From Gemmatimonadales bacterium (GTDB lineage: Bacteria; Gemmatimonadota; Gemmatimonadetes; Gemmatimonadales; GWC2-71-9), in NCBI GenBank assembly GCA_041390145.1, contig JAWKQM010000003.1:24148-88147 (forward strand): a stretch of DNA of 64,000 nucleotides. Direction: 5' to 3'. The translations under genes were made by a program, and so were the position numbers. Position 1 is the first letter of the stretch. Every line of letters starts with the position of its first letter. Of the stretch, positions 38,356 through 47,885 are shown one piece after another. Below the pieces are notes generated by a model. It saw nothing but the letters and a program-made list of their open reading frames with translations, searched no databases and was not told where the DNA came from.

Positions 38356-39303
38356 CGCCAACGACGTCGTCCATCGCATCTCCACCGAGGGCGCTGATCC
38401 GCTCCTCCTCGGCGGCGTGAACGACGTGAACCTGCTCGAACTCCAGCGGGCCCTCGGGGTGCGCGCCACCCTCCGCGGCGAGACGTTGACGCTGGGTGGA
38501 ACCCTCGAGCAGATCGAACGGGCCACCCCGTCGTCCAGGGGCTCATCGACCTGGCGCGGATGGGCGAGTCGATCGCCCCGGAGGACGTCTATCGGATCGC
38601 CTCGGAGCCGGGCGCCGAGTTGCCGGCCACCAACACCGACGGGCGGATCGTGCTGCCCGGGATGCGCCGGGCCATCGTCGCCAAGACCGGCGGGCAGAAG
38701 GAGTATCTCGCCGCCATTACCGCGCATGACATCGTGGTGGGCATCGGGCCCGCGGGCACCGGCAAGACCTATCTTGCCGTCGCCAAGGCCGTCGAGGCGC
38801 TGGCCCGCAAGCGCGTCAAGCGGATCATTCTCGCCCGTCCCGCGGTTGAGGCCGGTGAATCACTCGGCTTCTTGCCGGGCGACCTGCAGGCCAAGGTCGA
38901 TCCGTATCTCCGTCCCCTCTACGACGCGCTCGAGGACATGATGCCCTCGGAGAAGGTGCAGAAGGCGCTCGAGACCCGCATCATCGAGATCGCGCCGCTT
39001 GCCTACATGCGTGGGCGCACCCTCTCGGACGCCTTCATCATCCTCGACGAGGCGCAGAACGCCACCGGCGCCCAGATGAAGATGTTCCTCACCCGTTTGG
39101 GCGTGAACAGCCGGGTGGTCGTGACCGGCGACAAGACGCAGGTGGACCTCCCCAAGCGCGAGGACTCCGGCCTGATCCAGGTGGAGCGCATCCTCCCCGG
39201 GATCGAGGGGATCTCCTTCTGCTACCTCCAGGACACCGACGTCGTCCGCCACCGGCTGGTGCGCGACATCATCCGCGCCTACGCGGAAGACCAGGTCGGC
39301 TGA
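38345..39303 (+). pseudogene. phoH: PhoH-like ATPase. The frame is broken once at the C-run 38526-38529 (apparent 1-nt loss): either an assembly error or a recent frameshift.
   Basis: The N-terminal part reads from GTG 38345 ('...[30 protein letters not shown]') and continues one frame over ('[21 protein letters not shown]...[13 protein letters not shown]...LDEAQN'). Length is 959 nt (2 mod 3). Confidence 0.8.
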
Positions 39304-39318
39304 TGGGGAAGGGGCAGC

Positions 39319-39744
39319 GTGGCCGCGGCCGCTGACGTGACGGTGCACGGACGGGTGATTCCGGTCCCGGCCGCCGCCGTGCGCAAGGCCGTGCGCACCG
39401 TGTTGGCCGGTGAGCGCCGCCATGCCTCGGTGTCCGTCACGTTTCTCGGGCGCGAAGCGATGCGCCAGATGAACCTCCGCCACAAGGGCCACGATTTTCC
39501 GACCGACGTGATCAGCTTTGCCCTCCCCGATCCGCGCGGCGGGCTGCTCGGCGATCTCTACCTCTGCCGCTGGCAGGCGGAGCGCGAGGCCCGCCGCCGC
39601 GACTTGCCCCTGCGCGAGGAGTTGCTGCGTCTGGTCATCCACGGCACGCTGCACATCCTCGGCTGGGACCACGACGAGGGCGCCGGTCGCGAGGCGTCCG
39701 CGATGTGGGTCAGGCAAGAGCGTTACCTGCGGAAGGTCCTGTGA
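39319..39744 (+). CDS. ybeY: rRNA maturation endoribonuclease YbeY.
   Basis: 'HGTLHILGWDHDEG' metal-binding motif. GTG start. Confidence 0.9.
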   Translation: MAAAADVTVHGRVIPVPAAAVRKAVRTVLAGERRHASVSVTFLGREAMRQMNLRHKGHDFPTDVISFALPDPRGGLLGDLYLCRWQAEREARRRDLPLREELLRLVIHGTLHILGWDHDEGAGREASAMWVRQERYLRKVL

Positions 39745-40919
39745 GCGCCTTCTTCCACGGCATGCTGTCGCCCGCGGCCCTCGTCGGGTTCACGCTCTGG
39801 GCGGCGTGGCTCGCGCTCGCCGCCGAGTCGGAGGGCGACCTCCCCCGCGCCGACGGGGACGTGACGCTGCCGCTCGCCCGTCGTCTCCACATCGCACACC
39901 TCGCCTTGCTGGTCATCGCCGGCGCCGCGGCCGCGACGTCCGTCGTCTGGTGGGCGTGGCCGCCGCTGCGGGGCGGCCTCTACCTCGCGCTGGCCGTGAC
40001 GGTGGTGTGGGTGGTGGGTGACCTCCTCCCGCGGCTCCTCGCGGCCATTGCGCCGGAACTCGCGCGGCTGGTGCGCCCCGGCGCGGCGCGCTCGCTTGCC
40101 ATCTTCCGTCCCCTCTTCTACCTGGTGACCCGTGTCGACCAGCGCGGCATGCGGCAGAGCCTGGCCCCGGCCCGACCCGGCGCGCGCACGCAGCGCGACG
40201 CGGTCATCGGCGTCTTTGCCCTCTCCGACATGACCGTCGCCGAGGTGATGACGCCGCGGATCGACATCGTGAGCGTCGACGTGGGAGACTCCCGCGAAGA
40301 GGTGGTGTCCACGCTCAGCCGGGCCGAGCACGCCCGGCTCCCCGTCTTCGAGGGGCAGCCCGATGCAGTCGCCGGCGTGGTGTACGCCAAGGACATGCTC
40401 GCGCATCTCGACGACGCCGATGACGACCCCCTGCGGTGGACCGCGCTGATCCGTCCCGTGCCGTTCGTGCCCGAGGGCAAGACGCTCGACCGCCAACTGC
40501 GGGACTTCCAGCGCGGGCCGAGTCATCTTGCGGTGGTGGTGGACGAGTTCGGCGGGACGGCGGGCCTGATCACGCTCGAGGACATTCTCGAGCAGGTGGT
40601 CGGCGAGATTCACGACGAGTACGACGTCGACGAGGTCGAGCCGGTGGTGACGGTCGACGCCGACACCTTTCGGGTGCTCGGTGGGGTGGCGCTCACCGAA
40701 CTGGAGGCGCTCTTCCATCAGGACCTCGGCCACGAGGATGTCAGCACCGTCGGCGGCCTCGTCCTGGCCCAGCTGGGTCGGGTTCCCCGCGCCGGCGACG
40801 AAATCCGGGTCGGTGAGGTCGAACTTCGTGTCGAACAGGTGAGCCGCCGCCGTGTCCGGCGCGTGCTGGCCAGGCGGGTCCCGGCCAGCGCCGGCCCGGC
40901 ACCGGAGGAGGCGGCATGA
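39741..40919 (+). CDS. CNNM/CorC/TlyC-family protein (DUF21 TM domain, CBS pair, CorC_HlyC domain).
   Basis: The GTG at 39741 overlaps the ybeY stop (GTGA). 'TVAEVMTPRIDIVSV', 'HLAVVVDEFGGTAGLITLEDILEQVVGEIHDEYD'. Confidence 0.8.
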   Translation: MSAFFHGMLSPAALVGFTLWAAWLALAAESEGDLPRADGDVTLPLARRLHIAHLALLVIAGAAAATSVVWWAWPPLRGGLYLALAVTVVWVVGDLLPRLLAAIAPELARLVRPGAARSLAIFRPLFYLVTRVDQRGMRQSLAPARPGARTQRDAVIGVFALSDMTVAEVMTPRIDIVSVDVGDSREEVVSTLSRAEHARLPVFEGQPDAVAGVVYAKDMLAHLDDADDDPLRWTALIRPVPFVPEGKTLDRQLRDFQRGPSHLAVVVDEFGGTAGLITLEDILEQVVGEIHDEYDVDEVEPVVTVDADTFRVLGGVALTELEALFHQDLGHEDVSTVGGLVLAQLGRVPRAGDEIRVGEVELRVEQVSRRRVRRVLARRVPASAGPAPEEAA

Positions 40920-42112
40920 TCTGGGGAGTCTTTGCCCTCGGCATGGCGCTGACCCTGCTCGGGTCCATGGCGGGGGCGGCCCTCGTCTATGTGAGCCGCG
41001 CCGAGTTGGCGCGTGCCGTCTCCCGGCAGCTGCGCGGCGGTTCGTCGGCGCTCGCGTGGCTCTCGCGCATCGAGTCGATCCTCACCGCTGCCGCCGCCAC
41101 CTCCGCCTTCGGCGTGATTCTCCTCGGCGCCGCCTTTCCCGCCGTCTTTGCCCGGCAGGGCGCCGTGCTCCTCGCACCCCTGATCGCGCTGGTGGCGGTG
41201 CCCTTTGTCCTCTTCAGCGGATACCTGGCCCCGCGGTGGCTCAGCGCCTCGCGCGCCGAGCGCGTCACCAGCATCGCCATGCCGCTCCTCGAGCCCTGGG
41301 CCCGGTTCCTCGGCGTGCTCCTGCCGGCGCGCCGGCCGTCCCGGGCCACGGAGTTCCGCACCCTCTGGCGGGAAGGGGCCGCGGTCGGCCTCCGCGCCGA
41401 CGAAGACCTGAACACCGTCAGCGGCGTGATGGCGTTTGCCAGCCGACCGATTCGCGAGATCATGACGCCGCGGACCGACCTCATCGCCATTCCCGAGGAT
41501 GCGACCCTCGCCGACATCGTGCAGGTGTTCGCGCAGAGCGGCTACAGCCGAATCCCGGTCTACCGCGGGACCCTCGACGAGATCGTGGGCATGCTGCACG
41601 CCTTCGACCTCTTCAAGCTGCGGCCCGGCGATCCGCTCCCGGTGCGCCCCGTTGCCATCGCCGCGCCCGGCCGCGCCGCGGGCGAACTCTTCCTCGACAT
41701 GCAGCGCGAACGGCGCCACCTCGCGGTCGTGATCGACGAGTTCGGCGGCACCCTGGGTCTGGTGTCGCTCGAGGACCTGCTGGAGGAACTGGTCGGGGAG
41801 ATCTACGATGAGCACGACCAGGTGCCGGTCAGCGTGCCGTCCGTGGGTGGTGCCGCATTGGCCGACGTCGACGGGTCCACCCCCATCGTCGACCTGGCGG
41901 CGCAGTTTGATGTCGCCTTGCCGACGTCTGGCGCATCCACCATCGGCGGCCTCCTCGCCGGCCTGGCGGGGCGCATTCCGGCCGCAGGCGAGCGGTTCAT
42001 CATCGGCGGAGTGGAAATCGACGTGGTGACCGCGACCGCCACCCGCGTGGAACGGGTGCTCGTGCGTCCTGGGCCGGTCGCGCTGGTCCCCCTCGCGAGG
42101 GAGCCCTCATGA
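40916..42112 (+). CDS. Second CNNM/CorC-family protein.
   Basis: ATGA overlap with the previous gene. 'IREIMTPRTDLIAI', 'HLAVVIDEFGGTLGLVSLEDLLEELVGEIYDEHD'. Confidence 0.8.
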   Translation: MIWGVFALGMALTLLGSMAGAALVYVSRAELARAVSRQLRGGSSALAWLSRIESILTAAAATSAFGVILLGAAFPAVFARQGAVLLAPLIALVAVPFVLFSGYLAPRWLSASRAERVTSIAMPLLEPWARFLGVLLPARRPSRATEFRTLWREGAAVGLRADEDLNTVSGVMAFASRPIREIMTPRTDLIAIPEDATLADIVQVFAQSGYSRIPVYRGTLDEIVGMLHAFDLFKLRPGDPLPVRPVAIAAPGRAAGELFLDMQRERRHLAVVIDEFGGTLGLVSLEDLLEELVGEIYDEHDQVPVSVPSVGGAALADVDGSTPIVDLAAQFDVALPTSGASTIGGLLAGLAGRIPAAGERFIIGGVEIDVVTATATRVERVLVRPGPVALVPLAREPS

Positions 42113-43449
42113 GCCCGCGGGCCGCGAAGAAGAAGAAAGAGAGCCTGCCCGATCTCCTCCGCGCCGGGCGGATTGACGAATTCGTCAAGCTCGCGCTCGA
42201 CATGGAGCCGGTCGACCTGGCCGATGTCCTCTCCTCGCTCGATGACGACGAGCGGCTGACCGCCGTCCGCGCCCTGCCGCCGGAGGTCTCCGGCGAGGCG
42301 TTGACCGAGATGCCGGAGGACGAGCACGCCGAGGACACGCTCGCCGCGCTCGAACCGGAACAGGCCGCCGACATCGTCGACGAGATGGCGGACGACGACG
42401 CCGCCGACCTCCTGCAGGACCTCGATCCCGAGGAGCAGGAACGCATCCTCTCCGAGGTGGAGGATCGGACCGAAGTGGACCGCCTCCTCGCCTATGACGA
42501 GGAGTCGGCCGGCGGCCTGATGACGTCGCACGTCGTGACCGTGCTCGATTCGGCCACGGCAGGGCAGGCGATCGAGGCGATTCGTCGGCAGGCGGAAGAA
42601 ATGGAGGGGTTCTACCAGGTGTTCGTGGTTGACACCGGGCACCACCTCATCGGCCTCCTCCCGCTCAAGGACCTGGTCACCAGTCCTCCCGACCGGAGCA
42701 TCCGGGAGTTCATGGAGACGGCCGACATCACTGTCACCCCCGACCGCGACCAGGAAGAGGTTGCACGGCTGATGGCGCGCTATAACGTGCCGAGCGTGCC
42801 GGTCGTCGACGCCACCGGGGTCCTGCTCGGACGGGTCACCTTCGACGACGTGATCGATGTGGTCGAAGCGGAGACCACCGAGGACCTCCTGCAGTTCGGT
42901 GGCGTGTCGGCGGACGAAGAACTCAGCGCTCCCTGGACCGACGCGGTCCGGAGCCGGCTGCCCTGGCTCTATGTGAATCTGCTGACGGCGTTCGCGGCCG
43001 CCTCCGTCGTCCTCGTCTTTTCCGATGCCATTCAGGAGCTGAAGTGGCTGGCGGTCTTCATGCCGATCATCGCCGGGATGGGGGGCAACGCCGGCACCCA
43101 GGCGCTGGCGGTGTCGGTCCGCCGGATTGCGCTGGGGCAGGTGCCGGCGGGGGACGAAATTGGCATCGTCGGCAAGGAGATGCTGGTCGGACTGGTCAAC
43201 GGACTTGCCAGCGCCCTCGTGGCCGGCGGCATCGGGTGGATGGCGGCGGGACCGGAGTTCGGGGGTGTCGTGGCGCTTGCCATGGTGGCCAACCTGGGCG
43301 TCGCCGGATTCGCCGGGGCCTTCGTCCCGCTCTTTCTCGAGCGCCTCCGGATCGACCCCGCCATCGCCAGTTCGGTCTTTGTCACCACCTTCACGGACAT
43401 GTGCGGCTTTTTCCTCCTGTTGGGGATGGCCACACACTTCCTGCTCTAG
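42109..43449 (+). CDS. mgtE: Magnesium transporter MgtE.
   Basis: ATGA overlap with the previous gene. MgtE_N acidic domain, CBS pair, and 'IIAGMGGNAGTQALAVSVR' in the membrane domain. Confidence 0.9.
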   Translation: MSPRAAKKKKESLPDLLRAGRIDEFVKLALDMEPVDLADVLSSLDDDERLTAVRALPPEVSGEALTEMPEDEHAEDTLAALEPEQAADIVDEMADDDAADLLQDLDPEEQERILSEVEDRTEVDRLLAYDEESAGGLMTSHVVTVLDSATAGQAIEAIRRQAEEMEGFYQVFVVDTGHHLIGLLPLKDLVTSPPDRSIREFMETADITVTPDRDQEEVARLMARYNVPSVPVVDATGVLLGRVTFDDVIDVVEAETTEDLLQFGGVSADEELSAPWTDAVRSRLPWLYVNLLTAFAAASVVLVFSDAIQELKWLAVFMPIIAGMGGNAGTQALAVSVRRIALGQVPAGDEIGIVGKEMLVGLVNGLASALVAGGIGWMAAGPEFGGVVALAMVANLGVAGFAGAFVPLFLERLRIDPAIASSVFVTTFTDMCGFFLLLGMATHFLL

Positions 43450-43484
43450 CTTGCCCCGGTTCCTCTTCCGGGTGACTTTTCGTC

Positions 43485-44525
43485 ATGGATCGTGAAGCCC
43501 TGCTTGCCGGCCTGCGAGAACGCCAACCTGCGGCGCTGGCCCGGGCTATTTCGGTGGTCGAGAACGGGCGCGAAGGGTTTGAACCGCTCCTCAGCGCGCT
43601 GCATCCCCAGCTGGGCCGCGCGCACCGGATCGGGATCACCGGGCCGCCCGGGGCGGGCAAGTCCACGCTCACCGAGCGCCTGGTGGGTGCGTTCCGGGCC
43701 CAGGGACACACCGTTGCGGTGGTGGCGGTCGACCCCACCAGTCCCTTCTCCGGCGGCGCCCTCCTCGGTGACCGGATCCGGATGGAGAGCATCGCCCTCG
43801 ACCCGGGTGTGTTCATCCGGTCGATGGCCACGCGGGGATCCCTGGGCGGCCTCGCCACTTCCACCCGCGAGGTGTGTGACGTCCTCGACGCCGCGGGATT
43901 CGACCGGATCCTGGTGGAAACGGTTGGGGTAGGACAGTCGGAGCTGGCCGTGTCGCGGATGGCGGATACCAGCCTGCTGCTCCTGGTGCCCGAGTCGGGC
44001 GACGGCATCCAGACGCTGAAGTCGGGCGTCATGGAGGTGGCCGACGTCTTCGTGGTGAACAAGGCCGATCGCCCCGGTGCCGACAAGCTGAGGCAGGAAA
44101 TCGAGATCACGCTTGGCATCCGGCGTGGGAACGCCTTCCGCCACGTCCCGGCCCACCACGGATTCAAGGCCCGCGCCAGGGCGGAGGCCGATGCGCATGC
44201 CGCGGAGTCGAGTGAAGCGTGGAAGCACCCGGTCCTCGCGACGATCGCCGCAAAAGGTGAAGGCGTCGAGGAGGTGATGGCGGCGCTGGATGCCCACCGC
44301 GCGTGGCTGGAGGCCTCGGGCACGATGCGCGAACGGCGGCGGCGCCGGTTGGAAGAGCGCACCCGCGAGGTCGTGGACCGCGCGCTGGTGCGCTGGGTCT
44401 GGGACGAGACCGCCGCCGAGCAGGCCATCCGCGACCGGCTGGACGAGCTCGAGTCAGGGCAGGTGAGCCCGTACGAACTGGCGGCAAATATTCTGGACGC
44501 ACTCAAGCAGGGGGCACGGCCATGA
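43485..44525 (+). CDS. meaB: Methylmalonyl-CoA mutase-associated G-protein chaperone (MeaB/ArgK).
   Basis: '[13 protein letters not shown]', 'ETVGVGQSE', 'VVNKADR'. Confidence 0.9.
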   Translation: MDREALLAGLRERQPAALARAISVVENGREGFEPLLSALHPQLGRAHRIGITGPPGAGKSTLTERLVGAFRAQGHTVAVVAVDPTSPFSGGALLGDRIRMESIALDPGVFIRSMATRGSLGGLATSTREVCDVLDAAGFDRILVETVGVGQSELAVSRMADTSLLLLVPESGDGIQTLKSGVMEVADVFVVNKADRPGADKLRQEIEITLGIRRGNAFRHVPAHHGFKARARAEADAHAAESSEAWKHPVLATIAAKGEGVEEVMAALDAHRAWLEASGTMRERRRRRLEERTREVVDRALVRWVWDETAAEQAIRDRLDELESGQVSPYELAANILDALKQGARP

Positions 44526-46225
44526 GCGCAGCGGACACCAACGGCGATCGGGAGCAACTCGCGGCCCAGGCACGGGAACTCGCCGCCCTGCGGTCCGAGG
44601 TCGCCGCGTGGCGGGAGCGGTTCGGCAAGCTCCCCCTCCGGGACGATTCCGACTTCACCTCGGTGTCCGGCCGGGCCGTCGAGCCGGTCTACACGCCGCT
44701 CGACCTCTCGCCGGAGCTCCTCGGCCAGGGGATCCTGCCCGGCCAGTTCCCCTACACCCGCGGTGTCCATCCCAGCGGGTACCGGGGCAAGCTCTGGACG
44801 ATGCGCCAGTTTGCCGGGTTCGGCACCGCCCAGGACACCAACGAGCGCTACAAGTTCCTCCTCTCCCGGGGCCAGACCGGCCTCTCGGTGGCCTTCGACT
44901 TTCCCACCTTGATGGGCTACGACGGCGACCATCCCCGCTCCGAGGGCGAAGTCGGCAAGTGCGGCGTCGCCATTTCCTCGCTCGCCGACATGGAGACCCT
45001 CTTCGACGGGATTCCGCTCGACCAGGTCTCCACCTCGATGACGATCAACGGCCCCGCCGCCATCATCTTCTGCTTCTACGTGGCCGCCGCCGAGAAGCAG
45101 GGCGTGTCCATCGAGAAGCTGCAGGGGACGATCCAGAACGACATCCTCAAGGAGTACATGGCGCAGCACGCCTGGATCTTCCCGGCGGAACCGGCGCTGA
45201 AGGTGATCGTGGACATGTTCGAGTGGGCGGCGGAACACACGCCCAAGTGGAACACGATCTCCATCTCCGGCTACCACATCCGGGAGGCGGGGGCCACGGC
45301 GGTCCAGGAACTGGCGTTTACCCTGGCCAACGGCTTCTGCTACGTGGAGCATGGCGTCGCGCGGGGACTCGACGTCGACAGCTTCGCCCCCCGGCTCTCG
45401 TTCTTCTGGGACGTCCACAACGACTTCTTCGAGGAGATCGCCAAGATGCGGGCCGCCCGGCGGATCTGGGCGCGTCACATGCGCGAGCGGTACAACGCGC
45501 GCGATCCCCGCAGCTGGATCATGCGGTTCCACAGCCAGACGGCCGGCGTGACGCTCGCCGCGCAGCAGCCGCTCATCAACATCGTGCGTGTCGCCTACCA
45601 GGCGATGGCCGCCACCCTCGGTGGCACCCAGTCGCTCCATACCAACGCCTTCGACGAGACGCTGGCGCTCCCGACCGAAGATTCGGTGCGCATCGCGCTC
45701 CGGACCCAGCAAATCCTTGCCTACGAGACCGGCATTCCGAACGTGACCGACCCGCTGGGCGGCAGCTACTACGTCGAGGCACTGACCGATCGGCTGGAAA
45801 GCGAGGCGGAAGCCATCTTTGCGGAAATCGAGGCGCAGGGTGGCGTGGTCAAGGCGATCGAGGCGGGATGGTCGCAGCGGCAGATTGCACGCTCCGCCGC
45901 GCGCTTCCAACACGAGATCGAGCAGCACCAGCGCACCATCGTCGGGGTGAACGAATTTGTGGAAGAGGACGAGACGGCGGTGGAAATTCTGAAGATCGGC
46001 AACGAAGCCGAGGCGTCGCAGCGCGAGCGGCTCGCCCGGCTGCGTGCCACCCGAGACCAGGCGCTGGTGGAGCAGCGCCTGGAGGCGCTCCGCCAGGCGG
46101 CCGCCGAGGACCGAAACGTGATGCCTGCGATGCTTGACTGCGCGCGGGCCTATTGCACTCTCTTTGAAATCCGCCACGTGCTCGAAGGGGTCTTTGGAAC
46201 CTACCGGGAACCGGTGTTCTTCTGA
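44522..46225 (+). CDS. B12-dependent methylmalonyl-CoA-mutase-family catalytic (large) subunit, without a B12-binding domain.
   Basis: ATGA overlap with meaB. '[29 protein letters not shown]', '[13 protein letters not shown]', '[13 protein letters not shown]'. Confidence 0.9.
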   Translation: MSAADTNGDREQLAAQARELAALRSEVAAWRERFGKLPLRDDSDFTSVSGRAVEPVYTPLDLSPELLGQGILPGQFPYTRGVHPSGYRGKLWTMRQFAGFGTAQDTNERYKFLLSRGQTGLSVAFDFPTLMGYDGDHPRSEGEVGKCGVAISSLADMETLFDGIPLDQVSTSMTINGPAAIIFCFYVAAAEKQGVSIEKLQGTIQNDILKEYMAQHAWIFPAEPALKVIVDMFEWAAEHTPKWNTISISGYHIREAGATAVQELAFTLANGFCYVEHGVARGLDVDSFAPRLSFFWDVHNDFFEEIAKMRAARRIWARHMRERYNARDPRSWIMRFHSQTAGVTLAAQQPLINIVRVAYQAMAATLGGTQSLHTNAFDETLALPTEDSVRIALRTQQILAYETGIPNVTDPLGGSYYVEALTDRLESEAEAIFAEIEAQGGVVKAIEAGWSQRQIARSAARFQHEIEQHQRTIVGVNEFVEEDETAVEILKIGNEAEASQRERLARLRATRDQALVEQRLEALRQAAAEDRNVMPAMLDCARAYCTLFEIRHVLEGVFGTYREPVFF

Positions 46226-46253
46226 CCCCTCGGCCGTCGGCCTGGAGGAAGTC

Positions 46254-47426
46254 ATGGCACGTACCACCAAGCCCGCTGCGGGCAGCATCGCGGCGCAACT
46301 CGACCGCCTCAACAACTTCCGTCCCGGGACGCACCGGGTCGTCAGCTGCTACCTGAAGGTCGAACCCCGCGATCGCGCGCGTGGCAAGTACCTCATCAAG
46401 GTGAAGAACCGGGTCCGCGACCTCGAGGCTGCGCTGCCGGAGCTCGGGCTCGAGCGCGCGGCGATGGAGGCCATCAAGGCGGATCTTGCGCGCCTGCTCG
46501 CATTCCTCAAGCAGCCGGGCAATCTCCCCCATTCCCAGGGCCTCGCCATCTTTGCCTGCGGACCGCAAAAACTGTGGGAAGTCGTCCCGTTGCCGTTCGT
46601 CCACCGGTCCCGGCTCGCCGTCGACCGCACGCCGCTCGTCCGCGAACTCGCCGCCGCCGAGGACGAATTCGGGCGCATCCTGACCGCGGTACTCGACCGG
46701 ACCGCCGCCCGATTCTTCCAGGTGACGGCGTTCGGTGCCACGGAGGTGGCCGACATCACCGCCGACGCCACGCGCGGGAGCCGCTTCTCCGGGTCGCAAG
46801 ACGGCCGCCCAGGATGGGGAGAGCACAACTACAACAACCGGCTTCGCACCGAGCGGCAACGGCATCTCGAGGCGGCCGCACTCCAGATCCAGGCGCTCGA
46901 CAAGGCGGATCCGGTGCGCGGTATCGTGCTCGCCGGCATCGGCACGGACGCCGGCGTGCTGCAACCGTACCTGCACCCCTACCTGCTCGACCGCGTGATG
47001 GGGTCGGTCCGGCTCAATGCCAAGAAGGTCACGGCCGCGGAGGTGCTCGAGGCGACGCTGGCGGTGCGGGCCGATTGGGAGCGCACCTCGGAGTTGCTGC
47101 TGATGCACGACCTCGAGGAAGGCCTCGGCACCGGCTGGGCCGTGGACGGAGTGCACGAGACACTGAAGGCACTGGCCCGCGGCCAGGTGCGCACGCTGCT
47201 GGTCGATCCGGACGTCGCCGAACCAGGATTCCGCGGTATCTCGTCGGGCCGCCTGGCGCTGATGGAGGCGGACCTCCGCGGGGAGAAGGACGTGGTCGCC
47301 GTCATCGATGTGATCGACGACGCGATCGAAGAGGCGCTGCGGCAGCGGGTCACCGTCAATGTGGTGTTCGAGCCGGCGGCCAAGCAGGCGATTCACGGGC
47401 TGGCGGCGCTGCTGCGCTTCCGGTAG
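46254..47426 (+). CDS. Archaeo-eukaryotic release factor (eRF1/Pelota) fold protein, bacterial baeRF1-type, with a GSQ loop.
   Basis: ATG at 46254 lies 5 nt after GGAGGA. '[10 protein letters not shown]', 'GLAIFACGP...VPLP'. '[25 protein letters not shown]' compares with eRF1 '[25 protein letters not shown]'. The C-terminal '[12 protein letters not shown]' resembles the eRF1/Pelota 'GGIGAILRY' end. Confidence 0.7.
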   Translation: MARTTKPAAGSIAAQLDRLNNFRPGTHRVVSCYLKVEPRDRARGKYLIKVKNRVRDLEAALPELGLERAAMEAIKADLARLLAFLKQPGNLPHSQGLAIFACGPQKLWEVVPLPFVHRSRLAVDRTPLVRELAAAEDEFGRILTAVLDRTAARFFQVTAFGATEVADITADATRGSRFSGSQDGRPGWGEHNYNNRLRTERQRHLEAAALQIQALDKADPVRGIVLAGIGTDAGVLQPYLHPYLLDRVMGSVRLNAKKVTAAEVLEATLAVRADWERTSELLLMHDLEEGLGTGWAVDGVHETLKALARGQVRTLLVDPDVAEPGFRGISSGRLALMEADLRGEKDVVAVIDVIDDAIEEALRQRVTVNVVFEPAAKQAIHGLAALLRFR

Positions 47427-47458
47427 CCCCGCACCATTCCAGACAGGAGCTCGCGCGC

Positions 47459-47884
47459 ATGACACGCACGAAGTCGCTCTCCCGGCCGATCCGGGTGCTC
47501 GTGGCCAAGCCCGGCCTCGATGGGCACGACCGGGGGGCCAAGGTCGTCGCCGCCGCCCTGCGTGACGCGGGGATGGAGGTGATCTACACCGGCCTGCACC
47601 AGACGCCGGAGATGATCGCCGCCGCGGCGGTGCAGGAGGATGTCGACGTCGTGGGGTTGTCGATTCTCTCCGGCGCCCACATGACGCTCTTTCCGCGGGT
47701 GCGCCAGATGCTCGACGCCCAGGGCCGGAAGGACGTGCTTCTCACCGGCGGGGGCATCCTGCCGACGGAAGACGTCGAGGCGCTCGAGAAGCTCGGAACG
47801 GGGCGGCTCTTCGGGCCCGGAACCCCCACCTCCGACCTGGTGGAGTACATCCAGGCCTGGGCCGCCGACCACTTGAAGGACTGA
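47459..47884 (+). CDS. B12-binding (small) subunit of the split acyl-CoA mutase.
   Basis: '[20 protein letters not shown]' (DxHxxG), '[11 protein letters not shown]', 'GGGILP'. Confidence 0.9.
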   Translation: MTRTKSLSRPIRVLVAKPGLDGHDRGAKVVAAALRDAGMEVIYTGLHQTPEMIAAAAVQEDVDVVGLSILSGAHMTLFPRVRQMLDAQGRKDVLLTGGGILPTEDVEALEKLGTGRLFGPGTPTSDLVEYIQAWAADHLKD

Positions 47885-47885
47885 C

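Noticed and set aside
36709-38727. 672-aa ORF on the minus strand.
   Set aside because: It is antisense to aspS and phoH. The composition is low-complexity and Arg/Gly/Pro-rich, with no domain recognised.
43391-46315. 974-aa ORF on the minus strand.
   Set aside because: It is antisense to meaB and the mutase catalytic subunit, both of which have unmistakable motifs. The product is Arg/Pro/Gly/His-rich with no recognisable domain. Long stop-free antisense frames are expected at this GC content.
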